Below, one piece after another: positions 10,155 through 22,523 of a DNA stretch of 64,000 bases. Position 1 is the stretch's first letter. Each line of letters opens with the position of its first letter. The position numbers and the translations under genes are program-made. A model generated the notes under the pieces. That model did no database searches. It was not told where the DNA came from and saw nothing but the letters and a program-made list of their open reading frames with translations. Source of the stretch: Allocoleopsis franciscana PCC 7113 (GTDB taxonomy: Bacteria; Cyanobacteriota; Cyanobacteriia; Cyanobacteriales; Coleofasciculaceae); assembly GCF_000317515.1 (NCBI RefSeq), contig NC_019738.1, positions 1,745,623 to 1,809,622 on the forward strand, written 5' to 3'.

Positions 10155-13100
10155 ATGGCTTTTTCTTCGATCATTCGGGCACTAGAGCGATCGCCCTTGA
10201 CGGGAGAATTGCTCTCGAAGCTGAATCGCACCTCCTCTCTACATCTGAGTGGTATCCCCCGTCTACCCAAGGGATTGGTGGCTTCTGCTCTTTCCAAAGC
10301 TGGTTCTAGCCACTTGTTCGTCGTCTCTAGCACCCTGGAGGAAGCCAGCCGTTGGGCTACCCAACTCGAAGCGATGGGCTGGGAAACTGTCCATTTATAC
10401 CCAACCTCTGAAGCCTCGCCCTATGAGCCATTTAACCCAGAATCTGAGATGACTTGGGGGCAAATGCAGGTGTTAGCCGATTTGGTGAGAACTCAAGAGT
10501 CACGAGGAGGGACAACGCAGGCGACGGGGGCAACCCATAACGGACCGATGGCGATTGTCGCCACCCAAGCAGCACTACAACCCCACCTCCCCTCTGTAGA
10601 GGCTTTTAAACCTTACTGCTTAACACTCAACCGAGGCATGACTTGGGACTCCAAAACGGTGGATCAGAAGTTGGCGCGGCTGGGTTATGATCGCGTTCCC
10701 CTGGTGGAAACGGAAGGTCAATGGAGTCGGCGGGGTGATATTGTGGATGTTTTCCCCGTCTCCGCTGAATTACCCGTGCGCTTGGAATGGTTTGGCGATG
10801 AACTCGACCAGATGCGAGAGTTTGACCCTGCCACGCAACGCTCTCTCGATAAGATAGAGCAGTTGGTACTCACCCCCACAGATTTTGGCCCGATTGTGGC
10901 TGAGGTGCTGAGTACCTCTGGAGTTGAACAAGTCAAAGCCCATCTCTCTGCTGAAGAACAAGACGCTTTGGAGATGGGGACACCCCCAGAAGGTATCCGC
11001 CGTTTTCTGGGTGTTGCCTTCAATCAACCCGCGTCAATCCTGGATTACCTACCCGAAAATACCTTACTTGCAATCGATGAACCAGACCAATGTAGAGCAC
11101 ATAGCGATCGCGCTTACGAACACGCCGAAGAACAACTGGCGCTGATTACTCCATCACTCCCCAAAATTCATCGTTCTTTCGATGATTCCTTAGCTACCGC
11201 ACAACGTTTTAAGCCAGTGTACCTCTCGGAACTGGCAGACGAACAAGGTCTAAATCTTGCCAGTCGTCCCGTACCCGCCACCCCCCACCAATTTGCCAAA
11301 CTCGCCGAGGTGATTCGTGGGGAACGCGATCGCAACTTCTCGATTTGGTTGATTTCTGCCCAACCCAGTCGTTCCGTCTCCCTCCTACAAGAACACGATT
11401 GTCCGGCACAGTTCGTCCCCAATCCCCGCGATTACCCAGCGATTGACAAGCTGCAAATCCAACACACGCCCATCGCCGTCAAGTATTCCGGATTAGCCGA
11501 ACTCGAAGGCTTTATTCTCCCAACCTACCGGATTGTGGTCGTCACCGACCGCGAATTTTTTGGGCAACATACCTTAGCCACACCCAGTTACGTCCGCAAA
11601 CGACGCCGCGCTGCCTCCAAACAGGTTGACCCCAACAAGTTACAGCAAGGGGATTATGTTGTTCACAAAAATCACGGGATTGGTAAGTTCCTCAAGCTGG
11701 AAAGCTTAACGCTGAATTACGAAACTCGTGAGTATTTGGTGATTCAATATGCCGATGGTTTACTGCGAGTTGCGGCTGATCAGTTAGGGGTACTGTCCCG
11801 ATTTCGCGCCACTGGCGAACGTCCGCCCGAACTGAATAAAATGTCGGGCAAAGCTTGGGAAAAAACCAAGAACCGGGTGCGTAAGGGAATTAAGAAACTC
11901 GCGGTTGATTTACTGCAATTGTATGCCCAGCGATCGCAACGCCAAGGATTTTCTTACCCCCTCGATTCCCCTTGGCAGGAGGAGTTAGAAGATTCCTTCC
12001 CCTATCAACCAACCCCGGATCAGTTGAAGGCGGTGCAGGATGTGAAACGGGATATGATGAGCGATCGCCCGATGGATCGCTTAGTTTGTGGGGATGTGGG
12101 TTTTGGCAAAACGGAAGTCGCGATTCGGGCTATTTTTAAAGCCGTGACAGCCGGTAAACAAGTCGCCTTCCTCGCCCCCACCACCATTCTCACTCAGCAG
12201 CATTATCACACCATTAAAGAACGCTTCGCCCCTTACCCCATTCATGTGGGTTTACTCAACCGCTTCCGCACCGCTGAGGAACGCAAGGAAATTCAAAAGC
12301 GCCTTGCGACTGGGGAATTAGATGTTGTCGTGGGTACGCATCAGTTATTAGGAAAGGGGGTAACGTTCCGGGATTTAGGACTATTAGTCATCGATGAAGA
12401 ACAACGGTTTGGGGTGAATCAGAAGGAGAAGATTAAGTCGCTCAAAACTCAGGTAGACGTTCTCACCCTCAGCGCCACACCGATTCCTCGCACTCTCTAT
12501 ATGTCCTTATCGGGGGTACGAGAGATGAGTTTGATTACCACCCCACCCCCCTCACGCCGCCCGATTAAAACCCACCTTTCTCCCTACGATCCCGAAGCCA
12601 TGCGGACTGCGATTCGCACTGAACTCGATCGCGGGGGTCAGATCTTCTATGTGGTACCCCGGATTGAGGGCATTGAAGAAGTCGGTACCCAATTACGGGA
12701 AATGATACCTGGTTGCCGACTGGCGATCGCCCATGGTCAGATGAATGATGCGGAACTCGAAGCGACGATGCTAGCCTTTGGTAACGGTGAAGCGGATGTT
12801 CTCGTGTGTACCACGATTATTGAATCTGGCTTAGATATCCCCAGAGTCAACACGATCTTAATTGAAGATGCCCATAAGTTTGGTCTAGCTCAGCTTTACC
12901 AATTGCGGGGTCGAGTGGGTCGGGCGGGCATTCAAGCTCACGCTTGGTTATTTTACCCGAAACAGAAGGTACTTTCCGAACAAGCGAGGCAGCGCTTACG
13001 AGCGATTCAGGAATTTACCCAGTTGGGTTCAGGGTATCAATTGGCAACTCGCGACATGGAAATTCGCGGCGTCGGCAATTTGTTGGGTGTGGAACAATCG

Positions 13101-13655
13101 GGACAGATGGAGGCGATTGGTTTTGACCTGTATATGGAAATGCTACAAGAGGCAATCAAAGAGATTCAAGGTCAAGAAATTCCCAAGGTGGATGATACCC
13201 AGATTGACCTTAATCTTACAGCCTTTATCCCGGCTGACTATATCCCCGATTTAGACCAGAAGATGAGTGCTTATCGGGCGGTAGCCTCGGCGGAATCCAA
13301 AGATGAGTTAGTCCAAATTGCCGCCGATTGGAGCGATCGCTATGGCCCAATTCCCACCGCCGCCAATCAGTTACTCCGGGTTGTAGAACTCAAACAAATT
13401 GCCAAATCATTAGGGTTTAGCCGCATTAAACCAGAGGGCAAACAGCACGTTATTTTAGAAACCCCCATGGAGGAACCCGCTTGGAATTTACTCAAAGAAA
13501 AGCTACCCGAACATTTGCGATCGCGCTTAGTTTACACGCCAGGTAAAGTAACCGTTCGAGGGTTAGCTGTCCTCAAAGCAGACCAACAATTAGAAAACCT
13601 GATTAACTTCTTAAGCAAAATGCAAGGAGCACTACCAGAACCCGCTCTCGTTTGA
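10155..13655 (+). CDS. mfd: Transcription-repair coupling factor Mfd
   Basis: 1166 aa. UvrB-homology N-terminus, RNAP-interaction region, DEAD-box/RecG-like helicase motifs ([35 protein letters not shown]) and C-terminal TRCF domain. Confidence 0.95.
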   Translation: MAFSSIIRALERSPLTGELLSKLNRTSSLHLSGIPRLPKGLVASALSKAGSSHLFVVSSTLEEASRWATQLEAMGWETVHLYPTSEASPYEPFNPESEMTWGQMQVLADLVRTQESRGGTTQATGATHNGPMAIVATQAALQPHLPSVEAFKPYCLTLNRGMTWDSKTVDQKLARLGYDRVPLVETEGQWSRRGDIVDVFPVSAELPVRLEWFGDELDQMREFDPATQRSLDKIEQLVLTPTDFGPIVAEVLSTSGVEQVKAHLSAEEQDALEMGTPPEGIRRFLGVAFNQPASILDYLPENTLLAIDEPDQCRAHSDRAYEHAEEQLALITPSLPKIHRSFDDSLATAQRFKPVYLSELADEQGLNLASRPVPATPHQFAKLAEVIRGERDRNFSIWLISAQPSRSVSLLQEHDCPAQFVPNPRDYPAIDKLQIQHTPIAVKYSGLAELEGFILPTYRIVVVTDREFFGQHTLATPSYVRKRRRAASKQVDPNKLQQGDYVVHKNHGIGKFLKLESLTLNYETREYLVIQYADGLLRVAADQLGVLSRFRATGERPPELNKMSGKAWEKTKNRVRKGIKKLAVDLLQLYAQRSQRQGFSYPLDSPWQEELEDSFPYQPTPDQLKAVQDVKRDMMSDRPMDRLVCGDVGFGKTEVAIRAIFKAVTAGKQVAFLAPTTILTQQHYHTIKERFAPYPIHVGLLNRFRTAEERKEIQKRLATGELDVVVGTHQLLGKGVTFRDLGLLVIDEEQRFGVNQKEKIKSLKTQVDVLTLSATPIPRTLYMSLSGVREMSLITTPPPSRRPIKTHLSPYDPEAMRTAIRTELDRGGQIFYVVPRIEGIEEVGTQLREMIPGCRLAIAHGQMNDAELEATMLAFGNGEADVLVCTTIIESGLDIPRVNTILIEDAHKFGLAQLYQLRGRVGRAGIQAHAWLFYPKQKVLSEQARQRLRAIQEFTQLGSGYQLATRDMEIRGVGNLLGVEQSGQMEAIGFDLYMEMLQEAIKEIQGQEIPKVDDTQIDLNLTAFIPADYIPDLDQKMSAYRAVASAESKDELVQIAADWSDRYGPIPTAANQLLRVVELKQIAKSLGFSRIKPEGKQHVILETPMEEPAWNLLKEKLPEHLRSRLVYTPGKVTVRGLAVLKADQQLENLINFLSKMQGALPEPALV

Positions 13656-13666
13656 AATTAAAATAG

Positions 13667-13712
13667 GTGGGTGTAACATCTTTCTTACACCCACTTTCTT
13701 TCCTCTTTTTCC
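13667..13712. terminator. Bidirectional intrinsic terminator between convergent mfd and clpC
   Basis: Perfect 10-bp inverted repeat gtgggtgtaa (13667-13676) / ttacacccac (13685-13694) with an 8-nt loop. It is followed by a T-rich tract on the plus strand and preceded by an A-rich tract, so it could serve both convergent genes. Confidence 0.65.
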
Positions 13713-13769
13713 TCTCTTTCCTCGGTTTTCTCTGCGCCTCTGGAGTTCGTTAACTAAATTAAATAGCTT

Positions 13770-16253
13770 CTATCCCGCTAAAGCTGTTGGAGGCAATAGC
13801 TCCTGTTTATCGCCCTGCAACACTTTAATTTGCCCCTGATCATCGATATCCACAACAACCGTATCTGCCTCTTGAAGGCGACCGCTTAAAATTTCCTCCG
13901 CGAGGCAATCTTCCAACAACCGAGTGATTGCCCGACGCAAAGGACGTGCGCCATAACTGGGGTCATAACCTTCTTCTACCAAGCGGTCCTTAAACCGTTC
14001 AGTAACCTCCAATGTAATGCCTTGTTCCTTTAACCGACTGAACACTTCGTTTAAAAGGATAGAGGCAATTTGTTTAACTTCATTCTTACTGAGTTGCCGG
14101 AAGACAATGATTTCATCCAAACGATTGAGGAACTCTGGACGGAAATAAGCTTTTAGTTCTTCATTCACCAGAGAACTAATGCCTCTGTATTGAGCATCAG
14201 CTTGATTTTCACTCCAATCAAAACCGAGACCACCGCCACCTTTTTCAATTACTTTAGAACCGATGTTGGAGGTCATAATCAACAACGTATTTCTAAAGTC
14301 CACCGTCCGACCCTTAGTATCACTCAAACGACCATCTTCCAAAATTTGTAGCAGCAGGTTGAACACATCAGGGTGGGCTTTTTCAATTTCGTCAAAGAGT
14401 ACAACGGTATAAGGACGACGGCGAACGGCTTCAGTGAGTTGCCCCCCTTCGTTAAAACCCACATATCCAGGAGGGGAACCGATGAGTTTGGAGACGGTGT
14501 GACGCTCCATGTATTCGGACATATCCAACCGAATCATCGCCGATTCAGAGCCAAAAAAGTAAGCTGCCAATGACTTGGCGAGTTCCGTCTTCCCCACTCC
14601 CGTCGGACCCGAAAAGATAAAACTGGCAATGGGTCGATTGGGGTTACTAATACCCACACGGGCGCGACGAATGGCACGAGAAATCGCCTTGACGGCTTCT
14701 TCTTGACCGACGAGTCGCTGATGTAAAATATCTTCCATTTGAAGCAGCTTAGAAGACTCGGATTCGGTTAATTTGTTCACCGGAATTCCTGTCCAAGAAG
14801 CAACAATGTGGGCAATGTCCTCTTGATTGACGATGGGAGCGTAGTCAACCTCATCAGCATCACTCACGTTAGAGGGTTCATTCTGGATGAGCGCCCGAAT
14901 CTCTGCCTGAATTCTTATCTCTTGAGCACGCATTTGTCCGGCTTTACTAAACTCTTGCAAGCCAATCGCGTCTCCTTTATCTTTAAGCACTTGGCGCAGT
15001 TCTTTTTTAAGACTTTTGGCACTGGATGGTACTTTTGAGTTGAGTATCCGGACGCGGCTTCCGGCTTCATCAATTAAGTCAATGGCTTTGTCGGGTAGAA
15101 AACGGTCTGAGATATATCGGTCGGAGAGTTTAGCGGCAGCTTCGAGAGCCAAGTCTGAGATTTTAATCTGGTGGTGCTGTTCGTAGCGATCGCGCAAACC
15201 ATATAAAATTTCAATGGTTTCTTCTACGCTGGGTTCATCTACCATCACGGGTTGAAAACGACGTTCTAATGCCGCATCCCGCTCAATGTACTTACGGTAT
15301 TCATCCAAGGTGGTGGCACCAATACACTGGATTTCGCCCCGCGCTAAGGCAGGTTTAAGGATATTGGCTGCATCGAGGGAACCTGACACGGCTCCAGCCC
15401 CAACTAAAGTATGAACCTCATCTACCATCAAGATGATATTTTGGCACGACCGAATTTCCTCAATGATTTTCTTGAGGCGCTCTTCAAACTCACCTCGGTA
15501 CTTAGTGCCGGCAAGTAGTGAACCTGTATCCAGGGTAAGAACCTGCTTGCCTTGAAGGCTGATGGGAACATCGTTGTTGATAATGCGCTGAGCGAGTCCC
15601 TCTGCTAGTGCCGTTTTCCCAACTCCTGGCTCTCCGATTAAGATTGGATTGTTCTTGGTGCGACGAACCAGAATTTGAATCATTCGTTCCACTTCTTTCC
15701 GGCGTCCCACGACGGGATCGAGCTTGCCCTGTGCGGCGAGCTGAGTCAAGTTGGTGCCACATTCGTCGAGGGTTGGCGTCTTGGTACGGGTGCGACTGGG
15801 CGCATTGAGGGTCGGTTTCGCTTCGGAAAGCATTTCGATGACTTTAGCCCGAACTTCTTTGGAGTCAACTCCTAGGTTTAAGAGTACTCTTGCCGCCACA
15901 CCTTCTCCATCTCGGATTAAACCCAAAAGTAAGTGTTCGGTGCCAACGTAGTCCTGCCCTAGGGTGCGAGATTCTTCGAGGGATAGTTCAAGGACACGCT
16001 TACTCCTGGGAGTGAAGGGAATTTCAACCGCGACAAAGCCCGAACCCCGACCAATAATTTTTTCAATTTCTTCTCTGACTTCTTGAATCGTGATGCCCAA
16101 AGATTGCAAGACGGTTGCGGCGATACCATCGGCTTCTCCAATCAGACCTAACAAAATCTGCTCTGTACCTACAAAATTGTGACCTAGGCGACGTGCTTCT
16201 TCTTGGGCTAGCCGAATCACCTTAATTGCTGTATCTGTGAAGCGTTCAAACAT
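13770..16253 (-). CDS. clpC: ATP-dependent Clp protease ATP-binding subunit ClpC
   Basis: Starts [40 protein letters not shown]. Two Clp_N repeats, two AAA+ modules ([18 protein letters not shown]), a UVR-like linker and a ClpB_D2-small domain. Confidence 0.95.
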   Translation of the reverse strand: MFERFTDTAIKVIRLAQEEARRLGHNFVGTEQILLGLIGEADGIAATVLQSLGITIQEVREEIEKIIGRGSGFVAVEIPFTPRSKRVLELSLEESRTLGQDYVGTEHLLLGLIRDGEGVAARVLLNLGVDSKEVRAKVIEMLSEAKPTLNAPSRTRTKTPTLDECGTNLTQLAAQGKLDPVVGRRKEVERMIQILVRRTKNNPILIGEPGVGKTALAEGLAQRIINNDVPISLQGKQVLTLDTGSLLAGTKYRGEFEERLKKIIEEIRSCQNIILMVDEVHTLVGAGAVSGSLDAANILKPALARGEIQCIGATTLDEYRKYIERDAALERRFQPVMVDEPSVEETIEILYGLRDRYEQHHQIKISDLALEAAAKLSDRYISDRFLPDKAIDLIDEAGSRVRILNSKVPSSAKSLKKELRQVLKDKGDAIGLQEFSKAGQMRAQEIRIQAEIRALIQNEPSNVSDADEVDYAPIVNQEDIAHIVASWTGIPVNKLTESESSKLLQMEDILHQRLVGQEEAVKAISRAIRRARVGISNPNRPIASFIFSGPTGVGKTELAKSLAAYFFGSESAMIRLDMSEYMERHTVSKLIGSPPGYVGFNEGGQLTEAVRRRPYTVVLFDEIEKAHPDVFNLLLQILEDGRLSDTKGRTVDFRNTLLIMTSNIGSKVIEKGGGGLGFDWSENQADAQYRGISSLVNEELKAYFRPEFLNRLDEIIVFRQLSKNEVKQIASILLNEVFSRLKEQGITLEVTERFKDRLVEEGYDPSYGARPLRRAITRLLEDCLAEEILSGRLQEADTVVVDIDDQGQIKVLQGDKQELLPPTALAG

Positions 16254-16512
16254 GGGGGTGTCCTTGTGGAGGGAGTAATTGCTGTTTTGTCTGGGAGGAG
16301 GATTTTAAGCCAGCCAGTTGAACTAAAGCCTCTCGGTGAAACTGAACCACGCAAGCGGATGATTCCCGATAAGACACAGATGTGGAGACTTTTAGTGTGA
16401 TGTTATGCGGCGTCGAGTCTAGTAACCGTTGTACAGTACAGGCTTGCATCTTCCCCTTACAGTAGGCAACGATGCGATCTCCCACCTTTATTTCTAACGC
16501 TTGAATGTTCAT
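16246..16512 (-). CDS. Hypothetical 88-aa protein immediately upstream of clpC (8-nt overlap)
   Basis: Supported only by the ORF and its coupling to the clpC start. No recognisable domain, so it may be spurious. Confidence 0.3.
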   Translation of the reverse strand: MNIQALEIKVGDRIVAYCKGKMQACTVQRLLDSTPHNITLKVSTSVSYRESSACVVQFHREALVQLAGLKSSSQTKQQLLPPQGHPHV

Positions 16513-16807
16513 TCGTACTCACCCTCATGGTCAAGGAATTGGCTCAGTCAGTCGTATCCAGCCTGTAACACCGTTGATTAACACGACTTTACCGAGCAAG
16601 CCGTTTATTTTCCTAGAGGTGTCCTAGTTCGCTACCGCCCTTATCGCCGAAAGCCCGTCAGATAGGAAGAGTAGTATTTCTCGCTCCTAGCTAATGTAGT
16701 GTTTCTTAAGGGTAGCATGTAAATAAAGGTTGAGATTATATCAAAAAATAAATTTTATCGTCAAGTAATACTGTTATACTGAAATTATTATTCATCCTGG
16801 TTAAAGA

Positions 16808-17011
16808 ATGCTGGCTAAGTTAACGACGCCGCACCAATTGCTGACTCACCTGGCAACTCGTCAAAGTCAGCAAAATAAAGTCATAACTCTTGATTACTCA
16901 ATCATGGGTAAACAGACTTGCCCTTGCTGCTCAGACACCTTGCTGCGTCATATGCGTTTTGGAGGACTGTACTGGCGATGTAGCTCCTGTCATCAAGAAA
17001 TGCCCATCTAG
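16808..17011 (+). CDS. Hypothetical small zinc-ribbon protein (CPCC...CSSC)
   Basis: Two CxxC pairs 18 residues apart at the C-terminus of a 67-aa ORF. Confidence 0.35.
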   Translation: MLAKLTTPHQLLTHLATRQSQQNKVITLDYSIMGKQTCPCCSDTLLRHMRFGGLYWRCSSCHQEMPI

Positions 17012-17045
17012 AAACCAGCGCCACAACAGAACTAGCAACCCTTAA

Positions 17046-17378
17046 ATGAAAACAAAAAAAGCGATGAAGACCAGCGAACTTTTAAGCCGATATGCAGTGG
17101 GACAAAGAGATTTTAGGGGCGCGAATCTGATGGGGGCACAACTAAAAAAGGTCAATCTCAGTTATGCCGATTTTAGTGGTGCAGATTTGAGGGGAGCTAA
17201 CTTAACATCTGCGAATCTTAGTTATGCCAATCTTCAGGAGGCCACCCTGACTGGAGCTAATTTAACCGAAGCTAATCTAACAAAAGTCAACTTAACTCAA
17301 ACCCATATTCATGAGGCTAACTTCAGTCGTGCCAACCTGCGTGGGGCAATTATGCCTGATGGCGTGATTCAAACTTGA
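17046..17378 (+). CDS. Pentapeptide repeat protein
   Basis: Tandem A(D/N)LxG/ANL(S/T)x pentapeptides (ANLMGAQLKKVNLSYADFSGADLRGANLTSANLSYANL...). Confidence 0.75.
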   Translation: MKTKKAMKTSELLSRYAVGQRDFRGANLMGAQLKKVNLSYADFSGADLRGANLTSANLSYANLQEATLTGANLTEANLTKVNLTQTHIHEANFSRANLRGAIMPDGVIQT

Positions 17379-17426
17379 TATATTTGTTAGTAAAATTGGT
17401 CGATTCGCAAGTGACTGGAGAATCGA

Positions 17427-18170
17427 TTGACTCAATTGCAACGATTAGTGATTGCCCCTCAACAGCACAAACAGGGGAAGATTTTCTTAACCTCTTCGCA
17501 ACAGCACTACCTCAGTCGAGTTTTACGATTGAAAGCCGGCGATCGCTTTATTGCGATGGATGGACAGGGTAGCTGGTGGGTAAGCGAGTTAGAAGCCAGT
17601 TTGACTCAAGCTAAAATTCTGGAATCCCTGTGTGTACAAACCGAGTTACCGGTAACGGTGACGTTGATGGCAGCACTGCCCAAAGGGAATGGATTTGATG
17701 ATGTGGTGTATCAAGCAACGGAGTTGGGCGTTGCTTGCATCATTCCCTTAAAGAGCGATCGCACCCTGCTCAATCCCAGTCCCCAAAAGCTCGAACGCTG
17801 GCGACGCTTGACTCAAGAGGCTGCTGAGCAATGTGAACGCCCATTTGTGCCCACCCTTCTCGACCCCATAGACTTTACCGCGAGCCTGCAATTACCTGAA
17901 ACCTCAAACGCCTCCCGCTATATTTGTGTAGCACGGGGTGACGCGCCCCATCTTTTGAGTTGCTTGCTGGAACAAAAATTAGCCTCTTCACCCTCCTCCG
18001 TAGTCATTGCCATCGGTCCCGAAGGGGGATGGACACCTGTGGAAGTAGAACAAGCCACAGGTGCTCGATTCCAACCCGTTTCACTCGGACGCCGTATCCT
18101 CAGAGCTGTCACGGCTCCAATTCTGGCTCTATCTTTGGCCTCATCTGTTTGGGAAACGACTCAAACCTAA
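17427..18170 (+). CDS. rsmE: 16S rRNA (uracil1498-N3)-methyltransferase RsmE
   Basis: N-terminal PUA-like block QRLVIAPQQ...IFLTSSQQHYLSRVLRLKAGDRFIAMDGQG and C-terminal SPOUT fold block IAIGPEGGWTPVEVE are the RsmE signatures. Length 247 aa. Confidence 0.85.
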   Translation: MTQLQRLVIAPQQHKQGKIFLTSSQQHYLSRVLRLKAGDRFIAMDGQGSWWVSELEASLTQAKILESLCVQTELPVTVTLMAALPKGNGFDDVVYQATELGVACIIPLKSDRTLLNPSPQKLERWRRLTQEAAEQCERPFVPTLLDPIDFTASLQLPETSNASRYICVARGDAPHLLSCLLEQKLASSPSSVVIAIGPEGGWTPVEVEQATGARFQPVSLGRRILRAVTAPILALSLASSVWETTQT

Positions 18171-18444
18171 TCCCCCAACTTCTTGCCCAACTAGAAGAGC
18201 GGATTGATGCAAATAATTTTTGCGGAAGATGAAATAAACTTCAAAAAAATTTAGAAGTTTGTACAATAAGCGAAATAACTAGATTTTTTACTTCCTGGTA
18301 AGAAAAGTATTGCAAACCTAATCAAACAAATATTGCAATTTACCTCAAACCCTCAAAAGTTGCCCATAATTTAATCAGGCCAGAGATAGAATTCACTTCA
18401 TCTCAATTTCAGCTCATCCTTCAAATCATCAGGAGAGTCGTTTT

Positions 18445-18597
18445 ATGGGTATTTACAAACTGTTTAACAGTATCACCCAATATATCTCTGAAGCGGTAGT
18501 CAGGATTTTTAGTCCCAGTGACGACGCTTATCCGATCATTGGGGTACAGCCCTTTAGTGGTGAACCTTTACAGGGACATAAGAGAGCTGATTGGTAA
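18445..18597 (+). CDS. Candidate 50-codon small ORF (MGIYKLFNSITQYISEAVVRIFSPSDDAYPIIGVQPFSGEPLQGHKRADW) with strong RBS
   Basis: AGGAGA lies 8 nt upstream of the ATG and the reading frame is clean. It is below the 60-aa cutoff of the ORF track and sits inside an otherwise non-coding AT-rich 1.4 kb island. Confidence 0.3.
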   Translation: MGIYKLFNSITQYISEAVVRIFSPSDDAYPIIGVQPFSGEPLQGHKRADW

Positions 18598-19584
18598 CAA
18601 TCAACAAACAGCCATTTCTGACACTTTTCATCCGTCAAAACCTAAGAAGTTGGTGGAGATTTAGCCATTTTCTCCACCAACTTTTGATCATCTATTTCTT
18701 AAAACCTATTGCATACAAAGTTTTTGTTGCTCCCGATGATTCCCCCTATATTCATTGGGGGAAATTTACAAAAAAAATTTATAATAGAATTCTCGGATCT
18801 GATCGAAAGTCTCGACAGAAACTTGAATAAAATAAAACAGCTAAAGTTAATCAACTCATTTCAAATCTTATTAATCCCCTATTGGTTACCACGACAAAAT
18901 CTCCCCTTGAAATAAAATATAAACCCCTAACTCCCCTGAGAGTCAGAGGTTTAATTTTATATTCATATAGCCAGCCTAAATGATTGGTGAGTGCCTCTAT
19001 TCTCTCGTCTGCGTCCTGTTGTGTCCTCTGCGGTTCATCAAAAAGGTCTGTCTCACAAATCAACGTTAGGTTTGCTATCGGGTTTTTTCAGCTAGACCCC
19101 TAAACGTCTACTACCTCAGACCGCTCTGATGGGGAGTTTAGTCCCCCTTTGGTAGTAATAAGGTGAAGGAAGCGACAAAAACTTCACACCGTTTCTAGTC
19201 AGCCGTTTATTTGCACCGTCTGTATATCTGACGTCGCTCTCCTCCGATATACAGTTATGGGCCACTGCGGTATAACTCCCAACCGGTACGATTTCTATTC
19301 GCCTACTAGACTTACAAAGATGCCAATTTGCTCTATCGCTCTACAGGCAGAAGAGCTAATAACTGGCAGTCAGCCTAGGGGGACAAACTCAATTTCACTA
19401 CTGTAAATAATGGCACAAAGTAGAATGTTCTTTTCTTACAAGATATAAAGTTTTTCCTGAGAGGCAGGAGCAAATGCAACGATACCGTAACATTTACTCC
19501 TGCCGCAGGATAGATGAACTTCTATTGCAACCTTTTTTATTCGAGCAGACAGCTAGACGGGATCAATGTGAGCTGCCTTGAAAA

Positions 19585-20277
19585 TCACAAGGACAACTGC
19601 CGAAGTTGGTACTGTTTCTGATTGAATTGTTTTTGTTCTAACGTTAATAGGTTGTACTCAATCGGGGGTCGCATATCCCACTGGACTTCGGCAAACATCA
19701 ATAAGCTGACCGCCATTATGAGGCCGGTGGAGAGAAACTGCAAACTACCTGTATAGGGTAAAGCCGTAATCCCGCCCAGGTGAACAAGTCCAGCCAGGAT
19801 AAAGGCACGCGATCGCATCCCTACTCCCGTACAAAAGTAACCAAGGGCGCTTAACCCTAACCACAGCGGACACAGACGCATTAAGACTTCTCCCCAACCC
19901 AAGAAGATACTCAAATCCGTTACAACAAGACCTCCTAGCATTAGGCTGACCCAACAATACAGCACCCATCGTAAGCGCTCGACCTTGACCCAAAAGTGAG
20001 TCAAGAACACCATCACACTCGTCCCAATCAGGGTGAGGACTGTCCAAATTACAGCTTGAATCATCCAGCTAATGGGAAGAAATTGAGCCGTAATAAAAAT
20101 AACACCTGAAATCAGACCCCAAAGGATAAAAACTTGGTCAATTCGAGTGTAAAAAGCGGAAATTAGAGTCTTATCTCCAATTCCGATGTGAATACGTAAC
20201 AGCCCTTGACGGTCTTGATAATCGAGTGATTCTTGCTTGTTCCGGAGAATGGGTTCTGTGGGATTGAAGAAAGTCAT
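19585..20277 (-). CDS. Hypothetical polytopic membrane protein
   Basis: 230 aa with about 6 hydrophobic helices and no recognisable motif. Confidence 0.5.
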   Translation of the reverse strand: MTFFNPTEPILRNKQESLDYQDRQGLLRIHIGIGDKTLISAFYTRIDQVFILWGLISGVIFITAQFLPISWMIQAVIWTVLTLIGTSVMVFLTHFWVKVERLRWVLYCWVSLMLGGLVVTDLSIFLGWGEVLMRLCPLWLGLSALGYFCTGVGMRSRAFILAGLVHLGGITALPYTGSLQFLSTGLIMAVSLLMFAEVQWDMRPPIEYNLLTLEQKQFNQKQYQLRQLSL

Positions 20278-20618
20278 CAGGCGTCTATCGTTCGGGATAT
20301 GTTGCTGCGGTTATCAGTCAATTCTGGTAATATATCTTCACCTATCTTAAAGATAGTACATAATCTAAAAGAAAAATTTATCCTAATATTCATTAAGACT
20401 ATTCGTCGGTTTGGGATTTAAGGTGATCAGCGTTGCTAGTGCTGTATGCCGTTAAATCTCTCCAAATTAAGTGGCGTAGGGGAGAGAGTCGGTATCAAAC
20501 TATATAGTTTTGAGTATAGTGGGGAGTTCCACCATCCAACTTCAGCAAAATGGCTGAAAACCCAAAGAGAAATTCAGTACTTTGGCTGAGTATGAAAAAC
20601 CCAAAATACTCTAATGCA

Positions 20619-21329
20619 TCAACTGCCCAAGGGAAGAAGCTGGCTCAAGTAATAACCCAGCGCTGCACTCCCCAAAGGAACGGTGAGATTATCAATACCC
20701 AGCTTGGAGACGGATTCTAAAGCCGTGGCTACAATCGCGATCGCCACGGGCACCAACCAAGTTTGCCAAACGTTTCCCTGGACACTCAACAGAATCAAGC
20801 AACTAACGGCATAGCTTACCAGAGCCATGGTCAAAGAGCCTTCCCAGCTTTTTTTCATCCCCCAGACTTCATAGGGATGTTGACCAAACTTCTGACCGAT
20901 CAGTCCAGCGAGTCCATCACCCCAGGCCATCACCAAAATACCCACAGCGGCATAATGGAATTGCTGGAGTGGCCAAAACCAAGCGACAAGGACGCCAATA
21001 CTAATGGCATAAAAGAATGTGCCCAAGCTTTTGCGCCCGACGCTGTTAATACCGGGCAGGATAGGGATGTAATAAGACAAAAGCGCTATCAGACTGGCGA
21101 TAATTGAAGCCGAGATGCCCACCCAAGCCGGGATTTGCAGCCACCAAGCCACCAAAATCACATTGCCGGTGCCGATATGGACGACCTTACGCGCCAGTTC
21201 TGAACTGTTGCCAGTAAGGCGATGTAGGGTCTCTGCAAATAACACAATGGCTCCTAAGCCGAGTCCAACAATACTAATTTGGAGCCATAATTCTGAATTT
21301 GATTCTAACCAGGGTATAGATTGAAACAA
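20619..21329 (-). CDS. CTP-dependent phytol/dolichol kinase family membrane protein (CTP_transf_1-like, VTE5-like)
   Basis: Polytopic protein with [18 protein letters not shown] and C-terminal Gly-rich [16 protein letters not shown] blocks, typical of the phytol kinase / phosphatidate cytidylyltransferase superfamily found in cyanobacteria. Confidence 0.65.
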   Translation of the reverse strand: MFQSIPWLESNSELWLQISIVGLGLGAIVLFAETLHRLTGNSSELARKVVHIGTGNVILVAWWLQIPAWVGISASIIASLIALLSYYIPILPGINSVGRKSLGTFFYAISIGVLVAWFWPLQQFHYAAVGILVMAWGDGLAGLIGQKFGQHPYEVWGMKKSWEGSLTMALVSYAVSCLILLSVQGNVWQTWLVPVAIAIVATALESVSKLGIDNLTVPLGSAALGYYLSQLLPLGS

Positions 21330-21389
21330 GGACTTCTTGAAAGAGAAATTACAACCTCTTTATCACTGTATCGAGATTTGGTGCCCAGC

Positions 21390-21626
21390 ATGAAAATCTT
21401 ACTCATTTGGCTAATCCGGGGCTACCGCCGTTTTATTTCTCCCCTCTTTCCACCTGTTTGCCGCTTTCAGCCGACGTGTTCGAGCTATGCAATCCAAGCC
21501 ATCGAACGATTTGGGACTTGGCATGGTAGCTGGCTAGCGATTCAGAGAATCTTGCGCTGTCATCCCTTCCATCCAGGAGGATACGATCCCGTACCCCCTA
21601 AGGTGAGTTGCTCGGACGATGAATAA
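21390..21626 (+). CDS. yidD: Membrane protein insertion efficiency factor YidD
   Basis: [69 protein letters not shown] is a near-canonical YidD. The ORF-track start at 21321 is probably an upstream extension. Confidence 0.85.
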   Translation: MKILLIWLIRGYRRFISPLFPPVCRFQPTCSSYAIQAIERFGTWHGSWLAIQRILRCHPFHPGGYDPVPPKVSCSDDE

Positions 21627-21905
21627 ACCCAGCCCTATTTAATGGGTAGCTCTGAAGCTTTTTAATGGCACAGTATGCACCATTTTTGTATCGAAAATTA
21701 TATTAGGCGGTGCCATCGGTGCTTACTCAGGATTAGGTCAGGAAAGGTTAACACTGCGGAGCTGTTAAGATTTGCACCAAGACGTGGAGTGAATGCTGTC
21801 AAGGAATCCTCTGAAGCCATGTAGCCTCAGAGAGAATCGCCACAACCACTCAATGCCTAAACGAAGCAAACCGCCAATACTTTACGCACGACATGAAGCC
21901 ACCAG

Positions 21906-22301
21906 CTAAGAAAGCGCTTGATCACTCGGTGTGGGCAAGGGACAGCAGTTGACATCGTTTATACAAACTTTGCCCCACTGTAAAGCCCAACGGACCAATG
22001 CTACCCGGTTATCGGTCGATGTCTTGGTCAGGATGTTACTAATGTGATTATCGACCGTGCGCTTACTAATTTCTAGCTGCTGGGCAATCTCCTGATTGGT
22101 TAAACCAGCGGCTACTAGTTCGATGATTTGTACTTCGCGATCGCTCAGAGACGCGGGGGTGTATGACTCGCCACCAGCCATAGGTATTTTGCCCTTGGTA
22201 TATCTACTTACCATTTTAGAAGATCGTTGATTGAGACTACCTGAGAGAGACTCCAGCCAAGGAATTGATTCAAACCTCTGAGGTAAGAGCTTCCAGTTCA
22301 A
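21906..22301 (-). CDS. LuxR-family helix-turn-helix transcription regulator (stand-alone HTH; start uncertain, possibly Met at 22214)
   Basis: SLSDREVQIIELVAAGLTNQEIAQQLEISKRTVDNHISNILTKT is a textbook LuxR/GerE HTH. There is no receiver domain upstream. Confidence 0.6.
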   Translation of the reverse strand: MNWKLLPQRFESIPWLESLSGSLNQRSSKMVSRYTKGKIPMAGGESYTPASLSDREVQIIELVAAGLTNQEIAQQLEISKRTVDNHISNILTKTSTDNRVALVRWALQWGKVCINDVNCCPLPTPSDQALS

Positions 22302-22523
22302 CTCCTTATTAGGGTGATGAGGCTGTTAAGCTTGCCTAGTGAGGATTCGCCCCGACGCAAGGAGAAAAATTCCTTGATTTATTAAGTATATATACATGAG
22401 TAAAAATATCTATTTTTTTCTAAAAGATTAACTGGGTGTATGAGAAATTTCCCTCTAAAGATGAAGGAAGCAGGATAGAAAGCAGAAGATCGTCACGCCT
22501 CTGGTAGTCTGAAAGCAGTCGAG

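Noticed and set aside
19080-19440. Structured-looking GC-richer segment inside the AT-rich island, considered as tmRNA or RNase P RNA
   Set aside because: It lacks the conserved RNase P P4 sequences (AGGAAAGTCCGGGCTCC / ACAGAAACCCGGCTTA). It also lacks the tmRNA tRNA-like ends and any tag-peptide reading frame. It is left as unexplained within the broader AT-rich island finding.
21300-22301. Shared F(Q/E)SIPWLES heptapeptide at the N-termini of the phytol-kinase-like protein and the LuxR ORF (about 17 of 25 nt identical)
   Set aside because: It is too short to distinguish from chance. The LuxR ORF probably starts at a downstream Met (22214), which would exclude the motif. Noted only as a curiosity.
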